A DNA stretch of 64,000 nucleotides from a virus (Duplodnaviria; Heunggongvirae; Uroviricota; Caudoviricetes), in the IMG/VR virus record IMGVR_UViG_3300028603_000019, positions 3,877-67,876 of that record. One strand, written 5' to 3'. Positions 40,302 to 51,782 of this stretch are shown piece by piece (the stretch's first letter is position 1; each line of letters starts with the position of its first letter). Both the position numbers and the translations under genes were made by a program. The notes under the pieces are model-generated. The model ran no database searches, was not told the DNA's origin, and worked only from the letters and a program-made list of their open reading frames with translations.

Positions 40302-41706
40302 GAACTTTTCTCCCGGGAACTGATCAGAGTAATGACGGTGACCATTACAATTGCCACGTTTGTGAACACGGAGGCCGCTACAGTCGCGATCCAGCCATCG
40401 ATGAACATGAAATACCAAAGAGGAACCAGAGATAGTTTGGCCAGCAAAATCAAGAAGATTGCCAATGAGATAGTCGGCACCACGGTTTGATTTTCGGCCA
40501 TTTTCCCGATCGCACTCTTGATTACCAAGTCGGTTCGAACCAAGGCCAGTGATACCAACCCGAAACCGACCCAGATCAATGTGCCAAGGACCCACATGAA
40601 TCCTTCGTGCACCAAAAGGCCCAGGATAAGGAGAGTGTAAGGAAAGAACACGCTCAGTGAGGTTCGGAGAATGTTGTCGATCATTGATTTTCCAGTCTAT
40701 TAGTGAAGTGTGTCCGTCACCGCAGGCATCATCTCAAACATTTCCCTCGCGTAGGAACCGTGACCGGCTTTGATGATTTCCACGACTGAAGCATATCTAT
40801 CGTGACAATCTACCGGAAGCACTTTCAGTCCCTTGAACCGCTCGTCATATTCTTCCACACGGTGAATGAACTGGATCGCGGAAACCTCATCATCAAAAGT
40901 AACCGCTCGATCTACCGCTACCACGTTCTGCGTGGAGAAGAAGGCAACATTCTCAAATATTCCGAGAAAGATGCCAAGTTCCTCGTTGGCAACCATGTAT
41001 CGTGTCACCGAGATTTCCATTGCTTCTTCAACTCTGCGATGTCATGTTCCATCCGACTCTTATCGAACCCAGGATACCGGCTCCAGAATTTGAGTTTCCT
41101 CTCGCAGATTTCAAGCTCAATTCCGGCTTGCCGTTTCTCCACGGGTGAATCGGAATTCACTTCGATGAACTTGAGGAAGAAGTGGTTCTCCAGGTGCTTC
41201 CGGTAAAGCCGGTTCGGATCTGGATCCTTCATGAAAAAGGAAGATCCGGATTTATCATCGCGATAGAAGAACATTGTTCAGTCCATCCTCGATTCGACCC
41301 GAGCATTGATATCCAGGTTGTCGCGAAGGACCTTGGCGAAAGCTCTCGCGTAGGCTTCCTTCTTCTGGAGGCTCTGATTGTAGGCTGAGACGCTCATATA
41401 CACGCCGCCAAGATATTCGTCCCGGTGCATCCGATGGGTGTTCTTGGCCCAACGGGCAAACTGCGAGGTTGCCGGTTTGACGTGAACGGAAGCGAAACCA
41501 CAAACTCCATCTTCCACAAAGTAGGTGGGCTTGGAGTTGTCGAGGTCACCCGAGAACAGATGCGTCTCCGTTCCGACGACCATGGGCACAACTTTCAGGG
41601 CCGAGACGGCAGCTTCCCCCGCCTCGTGGGCCTCTTTCCAAGCGGCTTCAAACACGGTAGACATGAGTATTGGTCTCCTCTGACTATGAAGATACCATAC
41701 TACAAT

Positions 41707-42390
41707 TTACCAGCCGTGTCTAGACCCAAATTCTTTTCTAACCCCAAAGAATTTTTCTATCCAGTCCCGCGTTCTCTCCACGAATACTTGACATGAGCCA
41801 TCGTCCACCGTGATAACCGTTACCAGTTGTCCGATCGGAACTCCTGTCCTCTCATAGAAGAAATAGGCATAGGCAGACTCCTGGAGAAAGTAGTTTGTGA
41901 TCCAATCCCGTTGCTTCTCATTCCTGGAAGTTTTGAAATCCACGATGCTCAACTCACCGTCCCATTCGGCGATATTGTCCACGCGGCCAGCACATCGAAG
42001 TTTATCTGAATACAGGGCGACCTCAAGACCGAATATCGTGCCCATGTGTTTGTCCAACGCAGGCTTCAATTTCCGGAAGGAATTCTTGGTAGCATAATTC
42101 GCATCCGAAAGATACTCTAGATCATTCTTCAGATATTTTTCCACAGTTTCGTGGACCGCTGTTCCGCGTTTGGAAGCGATCCGTGAGACCAGCTTTGCCT
42201 CTTCTTCGCCCACGCGGGCTCGCCATTCGTCCAGACCAGAGTGATCCCCGACCCCGCCTATCACAGTAGTCACCGACGGATACTTGTTGCCCTCTGGGGT
42301 CGTGTATACGCGACCACGTTCCGTAATTTCATCTGTCAGAGGAAGAAATTGAAAGCGGTCGCTGTGCTCAAATGTCCTGGATTGAGACAC
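41707..42390 (-). CDS. PD-(D/E)xK exonuclease
   Basis: YPSVTTVI, RGTAVH, AGRVD, IVDFKTS, YFLQESAY motifs. Confidence 0.88.
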   Translation of the reverse strand: MSQSRTFEHSDRFQFLPLTDEITERGRVYTTPEGNKYPSVTTVIGGVGDHSGLDEWRARVGEEEAKLVSRIASKRGTAVHETVEKYLKNDLEYLSDANYATKNSFRKLKPALDKHMGTIFGLEVALYSDKLRCAGRVDNIAEWDGELSIVDFKTSRNEKQRDWITNYFLQESAYAYFFYERTGVPIGQLVTVITVDDGSCQVFVERTRDWIEKFFGVRKEFGSRHGW

Positions 42391-42850
42391 GATTGAACTT
42401 CAATTCAAAATCAGGAACTTCAAGGTCGTGAAGGTCATATGAAACGGACCTGTCATAGGACAATGACACATGAGGGACATAGGTGGGCCATTCGTCCTCG
42501 AAGCCTAGTTGTTCAAAGTGCCATCTTACTTGTTGAATGTCGTGAGACTCCAACATGAGAACAGGAATATCATGGTTTTCTCCAAGCAGTTTGAAGCCCT
42601 TGCCGAAGGCTTTACCGAAAATTTCCTTATCACCATTTTTCAAGAATACAGGATTGATACTATGGAAAATCGTGGTATGAAATTGGAACTCCCCGATATT
42701 TTGGAGAGTTCCATCCCATTTCACACCAAGATTGAAACCATTCTCCATGCACCAGGCTCGGAGTTTGGTCTGTGTGGCACCATCGTAGGTGATCGAGATA
42801 TATTTGCGAGTGTAAGACTCGTTGAATTGTTGAAATGATGGAATTGGCAT
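42368..42850 (-). CDS. acb1: 2H phosphoesterase, T4 gp57B/Acb1-like anti-CBASS nuclease
   Basis: Two H-x-T/S motifs (FHTTIFHS, YVPHVSLSY), 160 aa. Confidence 0.75.
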   Translation of the reverse strand: MPIPSFQQFNESYTRKYISITYDGATQTKLRAWCMENGFNLGVKWDGTLQNIGEFQFHTTIFHSINPVFLKNGDKEIFGKAFGKGFKLLGENHDIPVLMLESHDIQQVRWHFEQLGFEDEWPTYVPHVSLSYDRSVSYDLHDLEVPDFELKFNRVSIQDI

Positions 42851-42873
42851 GAGTATGAAAGAGGCTGGCCCGA

Positions 42874-43614
42874 TCAGGCCAACTCCAATGTCCTTTCTTT
42901 GGCAATGATGTATTCTTTTACGAACCCGGACCGAACAATATCATCAGTCTGAAATTCGATGATGTCAAAACACGACATCTTTCGGGCAACCTTCAGGAAG
43001 TCTCCTAGGCCGGAATTATCTCGCGTATTACGAGAAGTCTTGAGATCGTCCTGTTTCACGTCACCGCAGAGAAGCAACCTTGAGTTATGGCCAACCCTCG
43101 TCGCAATTGTGTTGATCTCTTGAAAATTCTGATTTTGTACCTCATCAACGATGATGATACTATTATCAAAAGTCAGACCACGAACAAATGAGGTGCTCAT
43201 GAACGTGATCATTCCCTTCTGCTTCATGATCTGATAGGCATCCTTGCGCTCAAATAGATCATTGACAATGTCCATGTAGGGTGCTTCATAGTAGCTCATC
43301 TTCTCAGCAAGTGAGCCGGGCATGAACCCCTGTTCACGGGATTGAACAGCTGAACGGACAATAATGATCCGTTCATATTCTCCCTTCTCCATCACGTCCT
43401 TCAAGGCAAGGTACATCGAGGCAAATGTCTTTCCGGTTCCAGCAGATCCTATAGAGGCAATATGTTTCCCGGCGGCATAGCTTTGGAACAATCGGCACTG
43501 ATTATCGGTCATTGGGGTAATCCGCTTCATGGCGAATTTCCGGTTGACCAAGTAGTCTTGCTCCCTGGTGATTTGGTTCCGCTTTGCCTTTGACAGACGC
43601 TTGTTGGATGACAT
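42874..43614 (-). CDS. phoH: PhoH-like ATPase
   Basis: GSAGTGKT, GFMPG, STSFVRGLTF, IVDEVQN, TRVG..S, CGDVKQ motifs. Confidence 0.93.
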   Translation of the reverse strand: MSSNKRLSKAKRNQITREQDYLVNRKFAMKRITPMTDNQCRLFQSYAAGKHIASIGSAGTGKTFASMYLALKDVMEKGEYERIIIVRSAVQSREQGFMPGSLAEKMSYYEAPYMDIVNDLFERKDAYQIMKQKGMITFMSTSFVRGLTFDNSIIIVDEVQNQNFQEINTIATRVGHNSRLLLCGDVKQDDLKTSRNTRDNSGLGDFLKVARKMSCFDIIEFQTDDIVRSGFVKEYIIAKERTLELA

Positions 43615-43700
43615 TTGTCGATGCTCCTTGCTACGGTTATTTAAACGGAATCGGGATGTGTTCCTTTGCCTCCTCGTGATTTGCTGCCTCTCCTCTTCCG

Positions 43701-43937
43701 TTAGAAAGTGTTGATGTTGCTGTGACGATTGTTCTTCTTGATCCGCCGAAGCAGTTCCCGGAAACCAGGATCCGGTTTTTTGCGTCCAAGCTTGATAGGA
43801 TCCCCGATAGAGGGAGCCTTGGATAATAGCTGTTTGCAGTGGGGGTTTTCTTTCAGGAAAATCTCAAGTTCCGAGATTTTCATGCTCATCTCCCGAATCT
43901 CACCAGATTCGGTATTCTCAATATTGTATAGTGGCAA
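43701..43937 (-). CDS. Small conserved T4-like protein (FmdB-like)
   Basis: (M)PLYNIEN..SGE...KPDPGF.E.LRRIK; TTG start after RBS; CTAAATA at 44026. Confidence 0.6.
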   Translation of the reverse strand: MPLYNIENTESGEIREMSMKISELEIFLKENPHCKQLLSKAPSIGDPIKLGRKKPDPGFRELLRRIKKNNRHSNINTF

Positions 43938-44028
43938 ACGGTAGCTCCGCTTATATGAAAACGGCAGGGTCATCCACAAAAATTGGAACAACCCTGCCTC
44001 GAATAATGTAATTGGTCGTTCGGTATAT

Positions 44029-44625
44029 TTAGTCCTCCGGGACCCCTTCCAATACACTATCACGCACAATTTGATATACTTCTTTCCAGCCGCTCACGCG
44101 TTGGACATCCTGCGGCATTGTCACATTGTAGTGCTGATCAAATAGCAGGGCATTGAGTCCGAGATCATCTCCCATCTTGGCATTGGTATATTTGTCTTCC
44201 AGCCAGAACAGGCCGGTATCCTTGTATTGTTCAAGAATCGGGCCCTTCATTGCCGATCGACCAACACAATCGACCTTGTAGATCAGATCACCAAAGATCC
44301 TTTTCAAATTCCTCAACCGCACACCCTGAACCGAATCAGGAACGGACGTGATACAATGAAACCTGAAACCAAATTCCTTGTTGAGCCTGTTCATGTAGTG
44401 AAATGAATCTGGCATAGGTTCCAGGTTTCGGAAAGCCCGGCTCTCGTTAAACCTCTGAGCAAGATCCCTTCCCTCCTGTTCACCTACCCCATAGGTGAGA
44501 TCAGTGCTATAATCTGTCTGGGATATTTTCTCATACCCTTGGGCTTCCATCCAGGCATCAAAGGCTTTTACCCACCAGAGCATAACTCCATCTACATCGG
44601 ATAGAATCAATCGTTGATCAGTCAT
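44029..44625 (-). CDS. HAD-family 5'(3')-deoxyribonucleotidase-like protein
   Basis: LSDVDGVML, WLED motifs. Confidence 0.8.
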   Translation of the reverse strand: MTDQRLILSDVDGVMLWWVKAFDAWMEAQGYEKISQTDYSTDLTYGVGEQEGRDLAQRFNESRAFRNLEPMPDSFHYMNRLNKEFGFRFHCITSVPDSVQGVRLRNLKRIFGDLIYKVDCVGRSAMKGPILEQYKDTGLFWLEDKYTNAKMGDDLGLNALLFDQHYNVTMPQDVQRVSGWKEVYQIVRDSVLEGVPED

Positions 44626-44788
44626 TGTCGCGTTCCTCGAATCGGTTCATCTTGTCGGCGACCTTCTTTCGCCGTTCATTTCTCCGGTCTTTGAGTTTGT
44701 TCCGCTTTCGTTCCGAGCGGTCTTCGTCGCCCCATTCATCATAGTAGTCATCACGGAATTCACGATAGGTCTTGTTTTTCTTTGCCAT
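44618..44788 (-). CDS. Small highly charged protein (not in the ORF track)
   Basis: Manual translation MAKKNKTYREFRDDYYDEWG..., coupled to both neighbours. Confidence 0.6.
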   Translation of the reverse strand: MAKKNKTYREFRDDYYDEWGDEDRSERKRNKLKDRRNERRKKVADKMNRFEERDND

Positions 44789-44793
44789 GTCAT

Positions 44794-45654
44794 TCAAAAC
44801 TGATTCAGTTCACCCATGAGATTCTTGAGTTTCTTCTCAACAAAATAGGACCAGAGCTTGGATCTACCGATGCTCTTTTCGTCCCAATATGCGGCCAGAA
44901 TTTTCTCCTTCAGGTCGTCCGGTGTATTTTCCAGATCAATGATTGTTTGATTGCGTTTCAACCGGGCCTTCACAAGAGGATCGAGAGATTCTGGATCGTT
45001 GATAATCTGCTCCAACCATTTGGCAGTGATTGGTTTCTGCCTCTCCCCTACCACAAGACAGTTGTCTGCTGATCTCACATTAGGAATACCATCTCCGCCG
45101 TCTCCTCTAGCAATATGCTCAAGAAGATACCGTTCGGGATTGTTATTCCGAACCCAAGTCTTCATTGCCGGATTGTATTGATCAACATTGGAATATTTGT
45201 GAAGCTGAATGAAGTCCTTGTCGCCAGATAGGATCAGGATCTTGTCAGCGCCATTATTCAATTCCACGCCATATTCATGGCATATGGTCCCGATAATATC
45301 ATCAGCTTCCGCATTTGGTATCTGAATCACTGTATACGGAAAATTCTCGTGAAGTTCAGATTTCAGGGTGGCAATCGTCTCGAAGATTGAACTCCAGTCC
45401 AACTTTGACTCTTCCCGAGACTTCCGGCGATTTGCCTTGTAATAAGGGAACACGTCCCTGCGCCATGAACCTTTGTCATCACAACAGATTACCAATTCGC
45501 CATATTCATCACGAAACTTCTTTCGGGATGCCTTCAGCGAATTGAGCAGAACATGTCGCAGAAAATCTTCCGAAATATCATCGCCGTGGCCAGGACCACC
45601 GATCGTGGCAAACATGGAAGCAAGAATCACCTGGGAAAAGTCAACAAGGATCAT
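44794..45654 (-). CDS. rnh: T4-like RNase H / 5'-3' exonuclease
   Basis: LVDFSQ, WRRDVFPYYKANR, AEADDIIG, SGDKDF.QL, GDGGDGIPNV motifs. Confidence 0.95.
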   Translation of the reverse strand: MILVDFSQVILASMFATIGGPGHGDDISEDFLRHVLLNSLKASRKKFRDEYGELVICCDDKGSWRRDVFPYYKANRRKSREESKLDWSSIFETIATLKSELHENFPYTVIQIPNAEADDIIGTICHEYGVELNNGADKILILSGDKDFIQLHKYSNVDQYNPAMKTWVRNNNPERYLLEHIARGDGGDGIPNVRSADNCLVVGERQKPITAKWLEQIINDPESLDPLVKARLKRNQTIIDLENTPDDLKEKILAAYWDEKSIGRSKLWSYFVEKKLKNLMGELNQF

Positions 45655-45969
45655 GATTCGGGGTCCTCTTCGGTACTATCTTCTTCCCCAGCAGATTCTT
45701 CGTCTGGTTCACCACCGGGAAACATCTCTTCCGCAATGTCCTGAAGTGGATGCTCAATGTCATTGGCATACAAGTGCAGGCTCCTGATTGCTTCCAAAAC
45801 GAGGATCATATGCGGAAACATGTCGTCCAGATTGTCATCAAAATTGACACCCGATCTGGTCATTTCAAAGAGAACATGGTTCCACAGAAATTCGGAAATT
45901 TCATTGGAAAAACTGGCCTTGTATTCCCGAAGTTTGTCCATGACCTCTTCTGGGGTCTGTGGCGGAGAA

Positions 45970-46995
45970 TTAAATTTCTTCGGTTTGGGGAAGGAAACTA
46001 CGGACGTCAAATTCGTGCCCTTTCAATGTGCTTAGGAGAATGTCCCAGCGAGTCTTATATGTTTGAAGTGAATGACAATGGTAGAATAGGCTAGGATTTC
46101 GGATATTCCACAGGTGTCGAAAAAATTCATCGCGGCCCATGACTTCAATAGACTTCAGAAGGTGTTTTGTAGCTTCCAAGGACAAGACCGCAAGATCATC
46201 TGATTTCCCATCAAGTGTATGCATTCCTGTATTGCACCAAGATTTTCCGGTTTCCGGGAGGGCTCCCCATGCGGAATAGATAGAAATGACACCACAGGCG
46301 ATTGCCTCAATCATTGCCAGACACGAAGTCTCCGGCCAGATACAGGGATACAGAAAGAAGTGGGATTTCTTCAGCGCTTCCAGAATTTCCCCATTGGAGA
46401 CCGATCCATGATAAGTCATATTTGGATCATCTTCAATGGTCTTGAATAGAGCCTGATAGGGTTCATTTCGTGAAGGCCAACCATAAAGATCAAACGATGA
46501 ATACACGTCGAAGTGAATATTCTGATGGGTCTTGGCTAGTTGTTGAAATATCGGAACAGCAAGTTCCAAGCCACGATGCGGGGTCGTATGATAGATGAAC
46601 CGAAGTGTCTCTTGGTCTTTGAATGGGGCTGGATCATCGATGTATTCCTGCTCAATCGCATTTTCAATGACAATACACTTGCCTAGATCAAGATCATATC
46701 GGGCGATGAATTGATCACGTTGCCAATAGGAAACAAAGACATAAGCAGCGAAGGCATCCTTGCCGATTTGAGTGTGCAGAACATTGGTCGCCGGGTCTCC
46801 AGCCAGATCATGGCAATATAGAATGTTGATCATATCCCGGATCGGTTCTTGTGGCCGCGAAAAGTGAACAGCGATCCCTTGAAGAAGGTCAGGATCAACC
46901 ACCTTCAGAAACCGGTCTCGCATCAATTCAGTGCCACCACGGGCATTCTTGGTGAGAACCGAATCTTGGATCTCACCGTTGATTACCAGACTCAT
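45970..46995 (-). CDS. Glycosyltransferase (GT-B, family 4-like)
   Basis: RGGTE, YHTTPHRGL, YPCIWPETSC.AMIEA..G, GALPET motifs. Confidence 0.88.
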   Translation of the reverse strand: MSLVINGEIQDSVLTKNARGGTELMRDRFLKVVDPDLLQGIAVHFSRPQEPIRDMINILYCHDLAGDPATNVLHTQIGKDAFAAYVFVSYWQRDQFIARYDLDLGKCIVIENAIEQEYIDDPAPFKDQETLRFIYHTTPHRGLELAVPIFQQLAKTHQNIHFDVYSSFDLYGWPSRNEPYQALFKTIEDDPNMTYHGSVSNGEILEALKKSHFFLYPCIWPETSCLAMIEAIACGVISIYSAWGALPETGKSWCNTGMHTLDGKSDDLAVLSLEATKHLLKSIEVMGRDEFFRHLWNIRNPSLFYHCHSLQTYKTRWDILLSTLKGHEFDVRSFLPQTEEI

Positions 46996-47903
46996 GTCGT
47001 CACTTCATCCGATACATATTTTTCTGACGCTCTTTGGGATGACCCAGCTTGTCATTTGCACGGACACGAATGAAACGGGCGCGGGTTTCTTCCTTGTTCG
47101 GATTGGGGATGGTCATCCAAGGATTTTGCTCTTTCAGATATGCCTTCATGATATTGATCCATTTCTCGGAAGGATCACGATCTGCCTTCATCGCATTTAG
47201 CGTTTTCTGATTGACGTTGGAATGGAGACCCTTTGAGGTGTAGGAGCTACCGGATGATTTTGGTTTACCCATGATATTACTTTCTGTCAGGTTGCAGTTG
47301 TGTTGGCTGAGTTTAGTGAGAGGAGACCAAGAGAGGTCAATGTTCGGTAGTTGAGATTCACGAGGTCCGCTTCTGGATCTAGTCTTAAGGTTCCAATGAG
47401 TCTGTCCATGAATAGGACTTCTTTGTTCTGTGACTTGGCAATCTCAATTGATTCCATCAAGGAGAACAAGTCAAATGGGTTTTCAAGATAGCGAACTCCG
47501 CCATCAGATTTTTGGTGCGACATGAAAGTGGTATTCCTATTTTGGTTGATTTTCGTGTCGCCGACAGGATTTAGCCTGTCTTATATTTTGATGGAATCTT
47601 CGAGTTCCGATCTGATGTGCAAAGCGGCTAGAGATTGTCGGCGGAGTGGGAGAGCTTTCTCCCACTCCTAATTAGCGCGGTCAATCCTCGGCCTCCGCAA
47701 AGACGGCAGACCACTCTTCCGGAGTAATGCCGGTAAGAATAAATTCCCGATCCTCTGCCGTGAGATATGGCATCAGGGCCTGGATATTATCCTCACCATT
47801 CTCCCATCTTAGGAGATCCTCAGGGTTGGCCGGAATTATCCTCTCGTGAACTTTTCCCGAAATGGCGCTTTTTCGCCGAATGATCATAGCTCAATACTCC
47901 ATC

Positions 47904-48464
47904 TTAGCTTTCGGTATTAGTATAGCTCATATGGCCCATCTTGGCAATCCAAAAGGCGTCCACCATATCAGAAACAGGGTTCCAGTGCTTTCTCTCTACC
48001 TTATGGCCAAGTTTTTGGAATAGGTTCACTTTGGTTTCTTCCAAAAAGGCATTGTACATACCTTCCTTGTTGGAATTGCCCTTTCCGGTCGCAAACTTCT
48101 TGATTGCGGTTGGTGCAAAGATTGTAAATGGAATTTCATTCTTCCAGAGATAGAATTTCAGAAGACCCGTATTTTCACCGATCTGAGTCAGGCGATTCGT
48201 GACCGCGCTGTAAGCATATCCCTCCAGGAACGCATATTTTACCCCTGATTCGTGGAGGATATTCACTGACCACCTGGCCAAATTATCGAACCTTTCCTGA
48301 TCAGTGTTCCATTCGGGATACAACGATCCCTTGATTTGATCAGTGACTATAGGATCTTTCTTGCACATATAGTGAAGTGTGCAAGATTTCCAATCCCATT
48401 CATTTCCGTCAAACACGCAGATGGAAGGTGATGTCATCGAATAGTCAATTCCCGCAAGGCGCAT
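47904..48464 (-). CDS. RNase H-fold / RuvC-like nuclease
   Basis: GIDYSMTSP, LEGYAY, GENTG, IKKFATGKGNS.K, DMVDA motifs. Confidence 0.65.
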   Translation of the reverse strand: MRLAGIDYSMTSPSICVFDGNEWDWKSCTLHYMCKKDPIVTDQIKGSLYPEWNTDQERFDNLARWSVNILHESGVKYAFLEGYAYSAVTNRLTQIGENTGLLKFYLWKNEIPFTIFAPTAIKKFATGKGNSNKEGMYNAFLEETKVNLFQKLGHKVERKHWNPVSDMVDAFWIAKMGHMSYTNTES

Positions 48465-48767
48465 GGCATAGGTTCTCCACAGAAGCTATGCCTATTTATT
48501 TGGGGAATTATTCGTGAGCCGTGTTCGCGGTTTTGTAGTGCTCAAAATTGAGCTTCAGATTGTTGGTCTGCCCACACCATATTTTCATAAAATATGCAAC
48601 CTTGTCCAGGTCTGGAACCTGTTCCTCGAGGTAATCTGTGAGCGACAGGATCGAGGACTTATCCACACTATCTGAATCGAAGATGATATTCAGGGCCTCT
48701 TGGAAACCACAATCTTCAACGATCATTATGTCCAAGACACGTTTTTCAAAATCTGTAATTGCCATTA

Positions 48768-49316
48768 TTAGACGTAATACTCCTCAACAATATCTCGTGT
48801 CAGATTGATCAAATTATCCGGGGTCAGATCCGCAAGTCGAATAATCTTGTCCAGAGTCACCGGAAGATATTCAGGCACATCGTCGCTATATTGAACTTTC
48901 TTTAGGTGAGCATAACGTCCCCGGGGCTGTTCCTTGTTGAATCCCCGATAAACTTCCAGAATTTCCAAATCAAAATCCAGGACATATGCCCATTCACACA
49001 TCAGTGAATCTGATGCAAATTCCTCATCATCTACCAGACGCTGAGGACCTTCATTCAAGATGATTCTGAGAATCCCGGCGCTGGTGTTACGAGAATACAC
49101 GGGGTTCCGATGGTCCAGTGAGTTCAATTCGCTCTCATCTTCGATGAATTCACAACCTCGAAGATGCTTCTTGAATTTCTCCATATCACTTCGATGATTG
49201 TCGATGAACTCGGCAATATCCTTGCCCTGTCCAGCGGGATAGCCGTCCCACTGTCCGTATTGTGCCAACTTACACTCACCGTCGATGTATGCCGCAATTA
49301 AGTGCCGGGTTCCCAT
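48768..49316 (-). CDS. Conserved phage hypothetical protein
   Basis: MGTR...QYGQWDGYP...CEWAYV.D pattern. Confidence 0.7.
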   Translation of the reverse strand: MGTRHLIAAYIDGECKLAQYGQWDGYPAGQGKDIAEFIDNHRSDMEKFKKHLRGCEFIEDESELNSLDHRNPVYSRNTSAGILRIILNEGPQRLVDDEEFASDSLMCEWAYVLDFDLEILEVYRGFNKEQPRGRYAHLKKVQYSDDVPEYLPVTLDKIIRLADLTPDNLINLTRDIVEEYYV

Positions 49317-49571
49317 CTAGAGTGCTCCTTGACCGTAATTTCCTATCGTTGATTCAATTTCTGTGGCCAAATCAGAATATCCACCGATGTGCCGATCGTC
49401 CCAGAATACTTGGGGAACAGTTTTCGCGTTGGGAAGTTTGGATTTCAACTCTTCCAAGACTCCCTCTTTATCAGTGTCTCGATAATCCACGGCTAGATTA
49501 TACTGCTCCGCGAGCGCGACGGCCTTCTTGCACCAGACACATCGAGCATGTCCGTAGATAGTAATTGTCAT
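49317..49571 (-). CDS. Glutaredoxin (NrdH/NrdC-like)
   Basis: CVWC, TVPQVF, HIGGY motifs. Confidence 0.93.
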   Translation of the reverse strand: MTITIYGHARCVWCKKAVALAEQYNLAVDYRDTDKEGVLEELKSKLPNAKTVPQVFWDDRHIGGYSDLATEIESTIGNYGQGAL

Positions 49572-50507
49572 GGAAGAATCTCCTCGGATGGATATCGGGC
49601 TTCATCGAACTGGCGCATGATTTCACCATAATAACCAGGTCGATGAGTGAAATCAATGGCTGTGATCAAAGTCACGGCAACAAAGACAGCCATTAGGAAG
49701 TTGAGGTAGTAGTGCATAGCTTGAACGTGCTCCTTGAATATATGGAAAATTTCCTGATGCCCGATTCTACGACGAGAGTTTCTCGATCATCGGATTCATC
49801 GGAAGCAATATATTTGCTCGTAATTTGTCCTATTGCCGGGTCGGGAAAATTGGGGTGGTCCCAGTAAGTGAATTGAACATAATCTCCGATAAATAACGGA
49901 AGTCCATTCCTATCGCGACAGTTTACGAACATGAAATTTTCACCAAAAATTCGGGATCCGAAAGATATTCTAATCGAAGGCCGTTCCCAGAAGGGAAGTT
50001 CCACGTGTTGAGATATTCAACGCGGACTTTCTTAGGCGTGAATTTGATCACTTTGGCCTTCACGAAATGTCGATAGTTGGGCGCGGTCAGCACCACTTCG
50101 TCCCCAAGGGCAAGATCATTGCCTAGGAAATCTTTCACTGTTCCTGTCCCTCTTATTCGCAATCATTTAGTGCCTCCAGAATTTCTTCCGCTGTCTTCGC
50201 GACTCGAAACCCCTGGCCATTCTCAGTCACTATTCGCGTCACTGGAAGACGCGTTCCGGCTCTTGTCTTGATATCAGGCAGTGCTACAATGGCCGTGATT
50301 TCTGCTGGACGAATTGCGATGGGATCAATCCAGATCATCGATGCTCCGCCTACATCTTCAACACACCGAAACGGTGATACTGAAGTTAGGAACCACCCGT
50401 AATTCCATTTTCCTCGCTGTTCCAATGCAAATGACTCCATCATCAAGATGATGCCAATTCCCGCGAAAAATAGGCCCAGGCCGATCCACCAGTATTTGAT
50501 CATTTTC

Positions 50508-51509
50508 CTAGTCACCGGTCTTGATGAGCCATTTATTACTGATCGCCTTGAACGAAAGACTGGGATCCATTACCGACTTGTACACGATCCCTTCCCGAAG
50601 ATTGGAGTTCAGACTTGCCCCGTCCGCAAGCTTCAGGACCTCTTCCAGAGTATCAGGCAGATGAGCCGAGGTGTAGAGCACGGGAACATGATTGAGGCCA
50701 AGATGGTCACAGATTTCTCTCCGCGCTTCACCGCTCAAATAGGAACCTTTTGTGATGTCATAGATATCATAGACATAGAAATGGTGACCCTTGAGATTCT
50801 CCCGGTTCTTCTGGATTCCCTCACCGATCAGTTCGCCCTGGAAGGCATATCCCTCGACCATTTTGTTATCCAGTGTGCGGGCCACCTTCACGAAGGTGTT
50901 ATCCTCATCCTCCAGCTTCAGTTCCAGATTTCTCGAACAAATCCGAAGCTGATCTTCCAACCGGAACACCGTCATGGAACTGCCGTCCAGCTTGACAGTG
51001 ATCTCCCACAGATGATCTTTAGGCAGATCCTCAAAAATATTCTGCGCCCGATCCTGATCGGTCTTGGGGATCAAGGAAGTTGGGAAGTTGCCCCGGACTT
51101 TTCCTTGAAGTTGGGCCGGAATCGGGGCTTCCCATTTCTGAATACCCAGTTTCTCGGTAACATCGGCACCTTCTTTCCAGGGATAATCTCGGTGGAAGCA
51201 CGAATTCAACGGCAACACCAACCCCTGGGATACCACACCGCGCAACTTCATCGTCCGCAGCCGCTCACCGAGAACACCGTTGTATTCACGAGGCTCCTTC
51301 CCCTTGGACAGAAATGGGGCAAGCTCATGTGGGACCCAGGAGTCCAGCTCAAAATAGACGGCAAAGTCTCCCGGCTTAAATTCCCCGAGCTTGGTGACGA
51401 CGTTCCAGCCTCGAACCTTCACGATCTCAAGGGCATCGGCATTTTCGTGGGGTAGCACTTCCTTGATTCGGACAACCTCGGCCAGTTTTCTTGTAATTTC
51501 AGTTCCCAT
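50508..51509 (-). CDS. RNA ligase (DRB0094-like, Rnl2 class)
   Basis: PHENADALE, FPTSLIPKTDQDRAQN, TVKLDGSS, QGELIG, REGIV, FKAISN motifs. Confidence 0.9.
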   Translation of the reverse strand: MGTEITRKLAEVVRIKEVLPHENADALEIVKVRGWNVVTKLGEFKPGDFAVYFELDSWVPHELAPFLSKGKEPREYNGVLGERLRTMKLRGVVSQGLVLPLNSCFHRDYPWKEGADVTEKLGIQKWEAPIPAQLQGKVRGNFPTSLIPKTDQDRAQNIFEDLPKDHLWEITVKLDGSSMTVFRLEDQLRICSRNLELKLEDEDNTFVKVARTLDNKMVEGYAFQGELIGEGIQKNRENLKGHHFYVYDIYDITKGSYLSGEARREICDHLGLNHVPVLYTSAHLPDTLEEVLKLADGASLNSNLREGIVYKSVMDPSLSFKAISNKWLIKTGD

Positions 51510-51782
51510 GATATTCCGTTTCCTCTCCGCTCAACAGTCGGCGAAATTTGTCTTTCTGTCGTTGGCATTCTTCCGAGAACCACAGCCTCGATATGATCTT
51601 TTGCACTTTGACGCCATCAATCTTCACATCAAAGACAAAGTTGTGATCAGTTTCTGAGAAGCCTTCCAACTCGAAATCATCTGCCTTCTCTTTGACCACA
51701 AGACGAATTAGGACCAGAGCGAGGATATCGGCTTCCTTCTCACTCAGGACTTGTTCAATTTCTTCGGGAGATAGTCCTGTTT

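Noticed and set aside
45970-46995. DNA hypermodification role for the glycosyltransferase
   Set aside because: No hydroxymethylase or related genes in this window, so the substrate cannot be inferred.
50448-51455. 335-aa + strand ORF and other long antisense ORFs (e.g. 34034-34729, 21441-21965)
   Set aside because: They lie opposite well-supported genes and carry no motifs; shadow ORFs.
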